Part shown: one piece after another, positions 20,311-32,192 of the stretch
Numbering within the stretch: position 1 is the stretch's first letter
Layout of the letters: each line of letters opens with the position of its first letter
Assembly: GCF_028368995.1 (NCBI RefSeq)
Contig: NZ_JAQNDL010000001.1
Span: forward strand, 1,984,001-2,048,000
Length of the DNA stretch: 64,000 bases
Direction: 5' to 3'
DNA from: Nannocystis bainbridge
GTDB lineage: Bacteria; Myxococcota_A; Polyangia; Nannocystales; Nannocystaceae
Translations under genes and position numbers: made by a program
Notes under the pieces: generated by a model
Seen by the model: only the letters and a program-made list of their open reading frames with translations
Told to the model about the DNA's origin: nothing
Database searches by the model: none

Positions 20311-20535
20311 CCGGTTCCGCGGCCTCATGCTTCAGTCCCCGCCGCGCGGCTGGACCTCGACGCGGATCCGCGGCCTCGTGCCTCAGTGCCCGTAGCGACT
20401 GGGCCCGACCCGGATCCGCGGCCTCATGCCTCAGTCCCCGCCGCGCGGCTGGGCTCGCTCCGGACCCGCGGCCTCGTGCTCCGGTCCCCGTCGCGCGGCT
20501 GGGCTCGGCCGGGCCCGCGGCCTCGTGCTTCACAG
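20311..20535. repeat. ~50-bp degenerate tandem repeat, about 4.5 copies
   Basis: cgg..ccgcggcctcRtgc.tcagtcccc..cgcggctggg units at ~20311, 20363, 20411, 20461, 20511. Confidence 0.85.
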
Positions 20536-20684
20536 GCGAGGGAACCTCGCGGCGTATCCCGACGGGTGAGCTCTACGCGGGTCGTTCGACCCCACTCGCC
20601 CCTGCGACCCGCATGCTCCGCCCCGGTCCGTGCATCCGCAACGACGGCCACGGTCGTCGGCGCCAGGGATCGCCTCCTCGATTC

Positions 20685-20762
20685 GCCCCGTGCCCTCGGA
20701 CACGCCTGCGCCCGCCGCCGCATGGCCCCGTGCTCTCGGACACGCCTGCGCCCGTCGCATGG
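20685..20762. repeat. 40-bp direct repeat, two copies
   Basis: gccccgtgcYctcggacacgcctgcgcccg..gcatgg twice. Confidence 0.8.
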
Positions 20763-20817
20763 GCCCCGCGACGGCGGCCTCGCGGACCGCCGTCACCTCT
20801 CTCCGAGCTCCTGACCC

Positions 20818-21513
20818 CTAGTCCAGGTCGAGGTCGCCGTCGCCTTCCTCGTGGCGTCGACGCCCGCGGCCGGCGCGTTTCTTCGGGCCGTCGCTCTCGT
20901 CGCGGTCCCGGTCCCGGTCCCGGTCCCGGTCCTTCCGCCCGCGGCCCTCGGCGGGTGGGGGTTCCGGAGGTGGCGCCGCCACGAAGCCTCGCGCGGGCGG
21001 CCCGCCGCGGTCGTGGCTCGGGCCTGAATCGAAGTTGCGAGACGGCCGCCCCGGTCCGGCGGGCGGGCCCGGCGGACGCGAGCCGAACCCGCGATCGTTC
21101 GGCGGGCCTGGCGGGCGCGAGCCGAACCCGCGGTCGCCCGGCGATCCCTCGCGCGGCGGCAGCGGGCGCGAGTCGGGTCCGCCGCGATCATTGAAAGAAC
21201 GGCCCGGCCCACCGGGGCGCGGGCCATCGCCCGGGCGCGGCGGGCCATCGAGGCGCGGTCCACGGGGCTTGTCCTCGGCCACGCTCACGCGGATCTGCCG
21301 CATGTCGAGCGTCGCGCCGTCCATCGCTTGCATCGCCGCTTCGGTGTCGGCCGGGTCCTGGAACGCGACGAAGCCGAAGCCCCGCGATCGTCCGGTCTCA
21401 CGGTCGGTCACGACCTTCGCTTCGGTCACGGCGCCGAAGTTTGCAAATGCGGCTCTCAATCCCTCGTCGGTCGTGTTCCAGCTCAGGCCACCGACAAATA
21501 ATTTCCTCGCCAT
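20818..21513 (-). CDS. RRM RNA-binding protein with low-complexity R/G/P and RD tail
   Basis: RNP2 LFVGGL, RNP1 RGFGFVAF; DRGFGSRPPGPP repeats; (RD)n. Confidence 0.95.
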   Translation of the reverse strand: MARKLFVGGLSWNTTDEGLRAAFANFGAVTEAKVVTDRETGRSRGFGFVAFQDPADTEAAMQAMDGATLDMRQIRVSVAEDKPRGPRLDGPPRPGDGPRPGGPGRSFNDRGGPDSRPLPPREGSPGDRGFGSRPPGPPNDRGFGSRPPGPPAGPGRPSRNFDSGPSHDRGGPPARGFVAAPPPEPPPAEGRGRKDRDRDRDRDRDESDGPKKRAGRGRRRHEEGDGDLDLD

Positions 21514-21709
21514 TCTCTCTTCGCTCTGCGCGTGCGCGCGGCGCCTCACTTCGGATGCTGCGCGCGAACCATGCCTTCTGTCAATCGGCGCCCCGGCGGC
21601 GCCGACAGCCAGACCGTCTTCCTGCTTCCATCTGCTCTCGGTCCTCTCGTCTCCCGTCCTCTCGGCCTCTCCTCTCGGCCTCTCGTCTCCGGCCACAAGC
21701 GGGGCAGAA

Positions 21710-23673
<1,964 letters not shown>

Positions 23674-23677
<4 letters not shown>

Positions 23678-25002
23678 GCGCCCCGGCCCACTGGGTGCGC
23701 TGCACCCTCGACGCCATCAAGGCCGAGACCGACAACGCGATCGCCGGCGGCCCGTTCGGCTCCGACCTCACCCAGGCCGACTACGTCGACGACCCCGACG
23801 GCGTGCCGGTGATCCGCGGCTGCAACCTCGGCCACGGCGAGCGGCGCTTCTACCCTGACGAGCTGGTGTTCGTGCACCCGGACAAGGCCGACGCGCTGCG
23901 CCGCTCGCAGGCCTACCCCGGCGACGTCATCTTCACCCAGCGCGGCACCGTCTCGCAGGTCGGCCTCGTGCCCGACGACCTGCCGTGGCGGCGCTTCGTG
24001 CTGTCGCAGAGCCAGATGAAGCTGACCTGCGACCTCGCCCGCGCCGACCCCGAGTACGTCTATTACTGGTGCCGCTCGCCCGAGGTCCAGCGCTACGTCG
24101 AGAACTGGACCATCGCCGCCGGCGTCCCGCACACCAACCTCAGCACCCTGCGCCAGACCCCGCTGCTGCTCCCGCCGCTCGCCGAGCAGCGGGCCATCGC
24201 CGCCGCCCTCTCGGCCCTCGACCGCCGGATCAGCCTGTGCGACGACCAGCGGGCCGTGCTCGTCCAGCTCGTCGACCTGCTCTTTCGGACATGGTTCATC
24301 GAACATGCGCCGACCGCCGCCAAGGAGAGCGGCCTGCGCCACCCGTCGGTCGACGAGGCGCTCCACTCGCGGCTCGCGCCCGCGTTCACCGTCGAGGCCG
24401 ACCGCAAGTTCCCGCTCGCCTACCGCCTGCTGCCGCTGACCGACCTGGCCGAGTTCCAGAACGGCAGCGCCTTCGGCCTCCCCGACTTCAGCCCGACCGG
24501 TCAGGGCCTGCCGGTCATCAAGATCGGCGAGCTCAAGCAAGGCATCACCCGCCAGACCCGCTACTGCGAGCGCCGCGACGGCGGGCGGCGCATCGATCGC
24601 GGCGACCTGCTGCTGTCCTGGTCGGGCAACCCCGACACCTCGATCGACACCTTCCTCTACTTCGGCGGCCCCGCCTGGCTCAACCAGCACATCTTCAAGA
24701 TCGCCGGCAAGCGCCCCGAGGACCGCGCCTACCTGTTCGGCCTCCTGCGCAGCCTCAAGCCGCAGCTGCTCGCCTTCGCCCGCGCCAAGCAGACCACCGG
24801 CCTCGGCCACGTCACCCTCAAGGACCTGCGCACGCTCATCATCGAGTTCCCGCCGGTGATGATGCGCGACGCCTTCGACGCCCTCACCGCCCCCTACTTC
24901 GCCAAGATCGGCGCCTGCGACGAGCTCCGCGCCGCCCTCGTCACCACCCGCGACGAGCTGCTGCTCCGCCTCATGTCGGCCCAGGCCCGCCTGCGCCCGT
25001 GA
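23674..25002 (+). CDS. hsdS: type I R-M specificity subunit (two TRDs)
   Basis: GPFGSDL, PPLAEQRAIA..L..LD, second TRD, RDELL.RLMS; GTGA overlap with hsdM. Confidence 0.9.
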
Positions 25003-25008
25003 GCCGCA

Positions 25009-25032
25009 CGACATGTCCCCGAGGACATGTCC
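25009..25032. repeat. 14-bp phased palindrome (GACATGTCC-CCGA-GGACATGTCC)
   Basis: Cores at 25012 and 25026. Confidence 0.85.
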
Positions 25033-25107
25033 CGCCGCCGCCGACCGCGTGACCCGGACCGCGCCCCGGGGTTATCGTGGTGGCCCCCGGCCTGCGGAGG
25101 CTCCCCG

Positions 25108-25500
25108 ATGAAGAAGCTCGTACGGATCTGCGCCCTCTTCAACGCCAGCATGATCGCCGCGTTCCTCGTGCCCGGCGTCCTGCCGCTGCTCGGCATCACC
25201 GTCCCGCCCTCCCCGTTCTGGCTGTGGCTGCCGGCCCTGCTGGCGCTGTTCAGCGTGCTCGTGCTGTGGGTGTCGGCCTCGGACCTGCGCCGCTACGGCA
25301 CGTTCCCCTACTGGAGCGCGATCAGCCGCCTGGCGTTCTTCTTCCTCACCTTCGCCCTCGACTTCCCCGCCACCGCCGGCCGGATCGTCGTGCTGATCGC
25401 CCTCGTCGACCTCGTCCTCGGCGTCGCCTGCCTCCGCGGCCTGCCCCGCGCCACCGGCCGCACCCCGCTGCAGCTGCTGCTCCACCGCGGCGCCGGCTGA
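25108..25500 (+). CDS. small 4-TM membrane protein
   Basis: GGAGG RBS, four hydrophobic segments. Confidence 0.75.
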   Translation: MKKLVRICALFNASMIAAFLVPGVLPLLGITVPPSPFWLWLPALLALFSVLVLWVSASDLRRYGTFPYWSAISRLAFFFLTFALDFPATAGRIVVLIALVDLVLGVACLRGLPRATGRTPLQLLLHRGAG

Positions 25501-25580
25501 GCGCGGAGCCGGGTCCGCGCGGCGCCGACGTGCATTCACTTCTTCATGCGTATCCGACGACCTCGGCAATCGTAGCACCG

Positions 25581-25655
25581 CGAAATGCCTTGAAGAGCAT
25601 GTCCTTCGGGACATATCCCACATGCCCGCCACGACATGTCCCTGGGGACATACCC
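25581..25655. repeat. two 14-bp phased palindrome arrays
   Basis: Cores at 25584/25598/25612 and 25621/25635/25649. Confidence 0.85.
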
Positions 25656-25733
25656 GCAATCCCCTCCGTGCACCTCCCCGGCGCGCGCGCTCGCTCCTGC
25701 CCATCCGCCTCCGCCCGCGCTAGATTCGCCCGC

Positions 25734-26786
25734 ATGCTCGCCCGCCTGCGCCTCTGCGCCGCGACTCTCCTGCTCGGCGCCTGCCCAGCCGCCCCCGCGA
25801 CCACCACCGACGCGACCACCACCACGACCACCACGACTCTCACCACCGGTACCACCGACCCGACCACCGGCGAGCCCGCGGGCTGGCAGGTCGCGCTCGA
25901 GCTCGGCGTCGAAAAGGGCGCGCTGTTCAGCCTGTGGGGCCCGCAGCCCGACGACGTGATCGCCGTCGGCGGCCAGGGCGTCGGCCCGACCTCGAAGGGC
26001 CTCGCCCTGCGCTGGGACGGCATCGAGTGGACCGAGCTCGCCCTCCCCCCCGGCACCCCGCGCCTGCACTGGATCGCCGGCGTCGGCGACGGCATATGGG
26101 CCGTCGGCGAGGCCGGTGCGGCGCTCCGGCGTGACGGCGACACCTGGACCTCGACCGCGACCGGCTTCGAATTGCCGCTGTGGGGCGTCTGGGGCGCCGC
26201 TCCCGACGCCGTGTGGGCGGTCGGCGGCGACGGCTTCGTCGGCGGCCCCTCCGTGCTGCGCTGGGACGGCGAAGCCTGGGCCCCCGAAATCCTGCCGCCG
26301 CTGCCCGACGGCTGCCACGCCCTCTTTAAAATCGTCGGCACCGGCCCCGCCGACATCACCGCCGTCGGCGACCTCGGCGTCATCCTGCAGTACGACGGCG
26401 CCGCCTGGACGCAGCAGGACACCGGCTCGATCGCCGACCTCATCAGCGTCAGCGGCCCCGCCGCGCACCGCCTCGCCGTCGGCGGACGCGCGAACGCGCG
26501 ACTCGCCTGGTGGGACGGCCAGCAGTGGACCGGCACCACGCTCGATCGGCCCGGCCTGTCGGGCGTGTGGCTCGACGACAGCGGCGCGGGCTTCGTCACC
26601 GGCTCGGGCGGACAGATCCTCCGCGTCACCGCGGGCAGCCTCGAGCCTGAACCAGAGGACAGCCCGACGCACCTGCTGCTGCACGCCGCGTTCGGCTTCA
26701 CCGGCGGCCCGCGCTTCGCCGTCGGGGGCAACCTCGCCGGCATGCCGCCGCACGTCGGCGTCATCCTCCGCCACCCCGGTCCGTGA
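25734..26786 (+). CDS. lipoprotein with Thr-rich linker and WD40/YVTN-like beta-propeller
   Basis: LLGAC lipobox; repeats LWGVWG...VWAVG..G..LRWDG..W. Confidence 0.8.
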   Translation: MLARLRLCAATLLLGACPAAPATTTDATTTTTTTTLTTGTTDPTTGEPAGWQVALELGVEKGALFSLWGPQPDDVIAVGGQGVGPTSKGLALRWDGIEWTELALPPGTPRLHWIAGVGDGIWAVGEAGAALRRDGDTWTSTATGFELPLWGVWGAAPDAVWAVGGDGFVGGPSVLRWDGEAWAPEILPPLPDGCHALFKIVGTGPADITAVGDLGVILQYDGAAWTQQDTGSIADLISVSGPAAHRLAVGGRANARLAWWDGQQWTGTTLDRPGLSGVWLDDSGAGFVTGSGGQILRVTAGSLEPEPEDSPTHLLLHAAFGFTGGPRFAVGGNLAGMPPHVGVILRHPGP

Positions 26787-26803
26787 CCGCGTATCCTCGC
26801 CGC

Positions 26804-27505
26804 ATGCGCTTGCCTTCGCTGTCCGTCCTGCTCCTGCTCGGGGTCGCCGCCTGCACCCCCGACCCCGGCACCACCACCGACGTCGCCACGAGCACGACCA
26901 CCACTGACGGCACGAGCACGACCACCGACGCCACCACCTCCACCAGCTCGACCACCGCCCCGACCACCGGCACCCCGACCTCTGGCGAGCTCACCACGAC
27001 CAGCGACACCACCGCCAGCAGCACCACCGGCGACCCAGGTTATTGCTGGGGCTTCGACGCCGGCGCCCCCGCGCCCTTCCTCGATCTCTACGACTACCAG
27101 GACAACCAGCTCGCCAAGGGCGTCACCCTCCCGCTCGAGTGCGGCGGCCAGGGCTCGTGGATGTTCGGCCTCTACCCCGAGTTCGGCGGTTACCTGCCCG
27201 CCGGCGAGATGGTGATCTTCAACCTCACCGTCGACGTCGAGGGCTACGACATCAACCCCGCCGGCCATTTCTTCAGCGGCGAGGTCTACTACTACGTCGG
27301 CTGCGACGACGTGCTCGGCGGCGTGCTCGGCGTCGTCCCGATCATCCCGCCCGACGAGCTGCCCGATCCCGCCGTGCTCGACGGCCTGCTCGCCGAGGTC
27401 CACGTCGGGCTCGACGCCGCCGGCCAGACCCTCAGCTTCGACGCCACCATGCCGCTGTCGGCCCCGACCGAGCTGACCGAGGATGGCTGCATGTTCGGCC
27501 CCTGA
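26804..27505 (+). CDS. lipoprotein with Thr-rich linker
   Basis: VAAC lipobox, T/S-rich stalk, Cys-containing domain. Confidence 0.75.
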   Translation: MRLPSLSVLLLLGVAACTPDPGTTTDVATSTTTTDGTSTTTDATTSTSSTTAPTTGTPTSGELTTTSDTTASSTTGDPGYCWGFDAGAPAPFLDLYDYQDNQLAKGVTLPLECGGQGSWMFGLYPEFGGYLPAGEMVIFNLTVDVEGYDINPAGHFFSGEVYYYVGCDDVLGGVLGVVPIIPPDELPDPAVLDGLLAEVHVGLDAAGQTLSFDATMPLSAPTELTEDGCMFGP

Positions 27506-27556
27506 GCGCGCCTGTCCCTCGGGACATACGCCAAAACCTCGCGGAGGATCCGGCCC

Positions 27557-27862
27557 GTGAAGATGTACATTTTGATCCGCGCCAGCGTCCCGCTCGGGTT
27601 CGCCATGGTCGCCGCGGCCCACGCCTCCCTGGCCGCCTACCTGCGCTTCCGCGACGAGCCCGAGGTCACCGAGTGGCTCGCCGGTCCGTTCCGCAAGGTC
27701 GTGTGCAAGGTCGGCGACGCCGAGTTCGCCGCCGCCCGGGCCGCCGGTGATTTCGTCGTCCTCACCGAGTCCGCGCTGGACGGCGCCGAGGTGGCCCTCG
27801 CCTTCAAGCCGCGCGCCGAGTGGCCGCGCGCCTTCCAGTTCTTCCCGCTGTACCGCAGCTGA
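27557..27862 (+). CDS. peptidyl-tRNA hydrolase Pth2-like protein
   Basis: KMYILIR...G.A...AHA, W....F.KVVCKV, ALAFKPR; GGAGG RBS. Confidence 0.75.
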   Translation: MKMYILIRASVPLGFAMVAAAHASLAAYLRFRDEPEVTEWLAGPFRKVVCKVGDAEFAAARAAGDFVVLTESALDGAEVALAFKPRAEWPRAFQFFPLYRS

Positions 27863-27983
27863 ACCAACGGCGAATGCCACGACCCGCGCGCTCGCGCGAA
27901 TCGTGGCACTTCACGCCCGGGCGCCCGGGCGTCGGTGCGACCGCCGGCCTCCGTCCATCACGGAGCGGCCGGCGGCGCCGGGC

Positions 27984-28928
27984 TCACACGCCCTCGCAGA
28001 TCTTCGTCGTGCCGTCGAACACCTGCGCGTTCATGCAGACATCGACCGTCGAGCAGCCGCACGAGCCCTCGAAGCACGTGTCGGAGTACTGCGTGCCGGC
28101 GCAGTCGGAGTCCTGGCCGCAGCCGCAGACGCCGTTGTTGCAGACCGCGTAGCCCGGGATGCCCGCGCCGGAGCAGTCCGCGTCGCTGCCGCACTCGCAA
28201 CGACCGGAGCCGGTGTTGCACACCGGGTGGCCGCCCTGCGCCGGGCAGTCGGTGTTGGCCTCGCACGGGTCGAAGCAGGCCTCGTTCTCGCACTTGGCGC
28301 CGGTCTTGCCGCAGACCGCGACCTCCGCCCCGCCCTCGATCGGCGTGGCCATGATCTGCTCCTGCGTCAGCGTCTCGCACATGATGAAGTCGCTCGGCAC
28401 GATGGCGCACTTGCCGACGCCCTCGCCGATGTCGACGCAGGCGTAGCCCATCATGCAGTCGGCCTGCGCCGCGCAGTCGAGCACCCACCCGCTGATGGTC
28501 GCGTTGCACTGCGTGTCGGTCGAGCACTTGAACGAGTCGTTGACGCAGCGCTCGTTCTGGCAGGTGTAGCCCTGGTCGAGGCCCATCAGCTTGCAGTCGT
28601 CGTCGCCCGCGCAGGCCTCCTGGCAGAACTGACCGTTGCCGCCCGCCGTCGGGTCTTCGGTCGTCGGGCCCGCGGTCGTCGGCACCGTCTCGGTGTCGGT
28701 GCCGGCAGTTCCGTCGGTGCCGGCAGTTCCGTCGGTGCCCGCGGTCGCGTCGGTGCCCGCGGTCGCGTCGGTGCCCTGGGTGCCCTGGGTGCCCTGGGTG
28801 CCGGCGGTCGAATCGGTGGCGACGCCGGAGGTCTCCGTATCGCCGCCCTTGTCGTCACCGCAGCCGGCAGCGAGCATGGCCACGAACAGGGAAATCACCG
28901 GCGTCTTCACAAGAAATGAGAGTTGCAT
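27984..28928 (-). CDS. Cys-rich repeat lipoprotein
   Basis: AAGC lipobox, TQG/TAG linker, repeated C..D.DC modules. Confidence 0.8.
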   Translation of the reverse strand: MQLSFLVKTPVISLFVAMLAAGCGDDKGGDTETSGVATDSTAGTQGTQGTQGTDATAGTDATAGTDGTAGTDGTAGTDTETVPTTAGPTTEDPTAGGNGQFCQEACAGDDDCKLMGLDQGYTCQNERCVNDSFKCSTDTQCNATISGWVLDCAAQADCMMGYACVDIGEGVGKCAIVPSDFIMCETLTQEQIMATPIEGGAEVAVCGKTGAKCENEACFDPCEANTDCPAQGGHPVCNTGSGRCECGSDADCSGAGIPGYAVCNNGVCGCGQDSDCAGTQYSDTCFEGSCGCSTVDVCMNAQVFDGTTKICEGV

Positions 28929-29389
28929 GGCCGCGAGGGTACATCACGTGCCCGCCGCCGGCCACGGGCGGGATCGCAATGTGCGATGTGTTCTTTGAGA
29001 CATATAGAACACGTTTCCCCGGCGGCCGGCGTTTGCATGATTTTTTCGTGCGGCCGTGAATATTGCCTGCCAGCGCCGAGCTTCGCCGCCACGGCGCGCC
29101 TCGTCGAACGCGCAGCGGGCTCGACCATGATGTTGCGAGCGCGAGCGCAACCACGAACAGGGCTGGTGTGGCGCAATGCGAGCTATCCTGTGAATGCACG
29201 CTGCTCGCTGTTTGCGGGCGTTACCGCGGTTTCAGCAGGATCTGCGATTTGCCGGCTTGCGCGATCCGCCGGCGCGGACGAGCGACCGCGACGATTGTCC
29301 GTGCGCGCAGGTGCCCGCCTCCCGCGCACGCTCGCGCGCCAGCGGTCCCGTCATTCTCGCGACGCTCGTCGCTCGCCCGGCGCTCGCTC

Positions 29390-29839
29390 TCACATCGCCG
29401 CCACCGCGTCATGGAAGCGCTCGAGCACCAGCCCGAACAAGAACCACACCGGCATGTAATCGAAGCGGATGAGGCCGTGGAGGTGATAGCGCGAATAGCT
29501 GTAGTCCCACGGGCAGCGCCCGGTCAATCGACAGAGCGCCGCCCCGGCCACGTATTCGACGACGAAGATCAGCACCATCCACAGCGCCCCGCGCCCGAGC
29601 CACGGCCAGCCGCGGATCGCCTCGTGGATCGGCTCGAACAGCAGCCCGCCCGCCCCGTACAGCGGGAACATCCACACATACGTGTGACCGAGCAGCCGCA
29701 GCCGCTGCTCCCGGCTCAGCTTCAGCTGCCCCGAATCGCCGCCCAAATCGCCGCGCACGCCGGTGACGAGCGCGTACGACGCCGTCCACAGGATCTCCAT
29801 GCACCAGCCGAACGCGCCGTACACGACAAGACGGACCAT
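29390..29839 (-). CDS. small membrane protein (putative ABC-permease CmpB-like family)
   Basis: YG..GWCME, WMFPLYG, EY..G, CPWDYS, GLIR..Y. Confidence 0.75.
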   Translation of the reverse strand: MVRLVVYGAFGWCMEILWTASYALVTGVRGDLGGDSGQLKLSREQRLRLLGHTYVWMFPLYGAGGLLFEPIHEAIRGWPWLGRGALWMVLIFVVEYVAGAALCRLTGRCPWDYSYSRYHLHGLIRFDYMPVWFLFGLVLERFHDAVAAM

Positions 29840-30085
29840 GAACTCCTCGCACACGCCCGGCCAGACATGACGGCGACCCGCCCCCGCGCAAGCGGCCGCG
29901 CCGGTTTGCCCGCGCCGCGCGGCCCCGCGTTCGACCGGCGCGCCAACGCCAGCGCGGCCGCTCGCCGGCGGCCTCGTGGACCTCGGCGCCGCGCAGCCGG
30001 CGACGGCGCGCCAGCCGGCCGTGACGGCTGCCGGCTGCTCGCCGGGCGCAAGCCCCGGCGCCGCGCGAGCGGTCGCCCGCTCTCA

Positions 30086-30136
30086 TGACATTCCCCTTCG
30101 GGCATGCCTGAAGCAGCATGTCCCAAGGGACATTCG
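30086..30136. repeat. 14-bp phased palindrome array
   Basis: Cores at 30089, 30103, 30117, 30131. Confidence 0.85.
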
Positions 30137-30252
30137 CAAGCCCGGCCCGGGCGCGCCCAGCATTGTGGCCGCGCCTGGACCGAGGTCATCCTTATATTCG
30201 CCCGCCCGCCGAGCGGCCGTCGACCTGCATCGGGATCTCTGAAACTCGCCGC

Positions 30253-31767
30253 TCAGATCGCCGCTGGCAGGTCCCAGCTCTGGACCATCCCCTCCTGCGC
30301 TTGCAGCAGCTTCGCCGGCACGTAGTAAAGCTTGCCGCTCGGGCTCACCGCCACCCGGCCCACGTCCGGCATCATCGCGAACACCTCGAACACCCCGGTG
30401 AACGGCTCGATCGCCAGCACCTCGAGCGACGACATCGAGGCGTACACCAGTCCCGTGAACGAATCGTGGCTCAGCCCGGTCACGTGCGCACCCAGCTCGG
30501 TGACCGGCTCCGACAGCTGCGTCACCACGTTGTAGCGGAACAGCGCCCCGCCCTCGACCGCCACCAGCAGGTGCGCCGGGCTCACCGGCGCCGACGCCGT
30601 CACGCGCGCCGGGAAGTTGTGCACCACCGCCACCGTCGCCTGCTCGAGATCGGCCGTGTTGTACTCACCGTTCGCCGTGCTGTTGCCGACGTACAGCACC
30701 CGGTCCTCGCCCCACGTCAGCCCTTGCGGTCCCGCGTCGGCGACCGGCGCCATGAACGGCCCGCCCCCCATCGTCTCGGTCGCGGGGATGACGATCGGCA
30801 GCGGATTTATCGCGTCGTCCTCGACCAGGCGGGCGACGCCCTGGATGATGTCGCCGAAGCAGCCGCCGATGCACGTGTACGTGATCGCCACCTCGCCCAG
30901 CCCCTCGACCGGCTGCGGCGGCGGCACCGGCCCCGCGGCCACCGGCGGCACCTCGGTCAGCTGCGGGATCGTCAACCGCCGCAGCACCTTCACCTCGCCC
31001 ATGTCGAGGTTCGACACACCTGGCCATTCGGTCAGCTCGCCGTCCGGCCGCAGGCGCCGCAGATAGTCGGTCCCGCTGCGCAGCGTCACCATCCACGCGG
31101 TGCAGTCGTCGGCGAAATCGATGCCGATGATCTTCTCCGCGAACGGCCCGTTCAGCTGCTCGAGGCTCGGGTCCTGGCACTCCACCGGGCGGTCGCACGC
31201 GCACGCGGAGCCCCAGCACGCGCCGTCGCTCGTGCACGCCACTCCGGCGCACGGCGCCACCGGCACGCACGCGCCCTGGCCGTCGCACGCGCTGCCGGGG
31301 CCGCACTCGCGGTCGCCGCACGCCTCGCTCGCGCCGGCCAGCGTGCACGCGTCCGCGGGCGCGTGACAGCTGCCGGAGATGAAGTCACAGACCTGTCCCT
31401 CGGGACATGGATCGGGGCTCTGGCCCTGACACAGGGTCACGCACTGGTCGTCGACGCACTGCTGATTGGGCTCGCTGCAGGCCCCGCAGCCGGCCGGCGT
31501 GGTGGTGGCCGTCGCGCTGTCGGAGGTCGGCCCCGTCGTGCTCGAGGTCGAGGCCGCGGCGCTATCCGAGTCACCCTCGCTGGTGGTCGTCGGCGCCGTC
31601 GCCCCGGTGTCCGTGGTCGTCGCAGTCACCTCGCTCGCGCCGCTCGTCGGCGTCGTCGTCGGACCCGTCGTCTGCGTCGCCGACCCCGAATCGGCGCGCC
31701 CGTCGTCGCCGCAACCCGCCACGCCCGCGCAACCAATCAACCCGCCCAGAACCCATCGCTGCATCAT
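30253..31767 (-). CDS. lipoprotein with Cys-rich region and probable beta-propeller
   Basis: VAGC lipobox, T/S linker, Cys repeats, PQGLTW..D.VLYV blades. Confidence 0.75.
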   Translation of the reverse strand: MMQRWVLGGLIGCAGVAGCGDDGRADSGSATQTTGPTTTPTSGASEVTATTTDTGATAPTTTSEGDSDSAAASTSSTTGPTSDSATATTTPAGCGACSEPNQQCVDDQCVTLCQGQSPDPCPEGQVCDFISGSCHAPADACTLAGASEACGDRECGPGSACDGQGACVPVAPCAGVACTSDGACWGSACACDRPVECQDPSLEQLNGPFAEKIIGIDFADDCTAWMVTLRSGTDYLRRLRPDGELTEWPGVSNLDMGEVKVLRRLTIPQLTEVPPVAAGPVPPPQPVEGLGEVAITYTCIGGCFGDIIQGVARLVEDDAINPLPIVIPATETMGGGPFMAPVADAGPQGLTWGEDRVLYVGNSTANGEYNTADLEQATVAVVHNFPARVTASAPVSPAHLLVAVEGGALFRYNVVTQLSEPVTELGAHVTGLSHDSFTGLVYASMSSLEVLAIEPFTGVFEVFAMMPDVGRVAVSPSGKLYYVPAKLLQAQEGMVQSWDLPAAI

Positions 31768-32192
31768 CCCGCCGCTCTCCGGCGGCGAAGCTATCACTTC
31801 GCCGCGAGCGACGGCGCGCACCTGCGCTCGCGGACGGGCGCGTCTTTCTTACGGTTCACGGCGCCCTCGCAGCGGCGCTCCAGCCCGTCACCATCAGCAC
31901 GCGCCGACCACCCGTCATCGACCCTGCGATCCTCACCGTCGCGGCCTGCCTACTCGTCACGCTCGCCCCGAGGAGCCGCTCGCGTCCCCGGCGCACCCGG
32001 TCTCCGCGACCTGGCTCTTCGGACAGAATCATCCGCGACCGACCTCGCGAGCCCGCGCAGGGAAAATTGTCCCCGGGTCCTATGATGATCCCGCCCATCG
32101 CGGACCTCCTGCCGGCCGCCATTCTCGTGCCCAGCTTCCCCTCACGCGGCACCAACATGTCTCTTCGGACACTTCACGCGCAGACCCGGCCG

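Noticed and set aside
20311-20535. CRISPR array
   Set aside because: Whole units are similar, with no unique spacers; no cas genes in the window.
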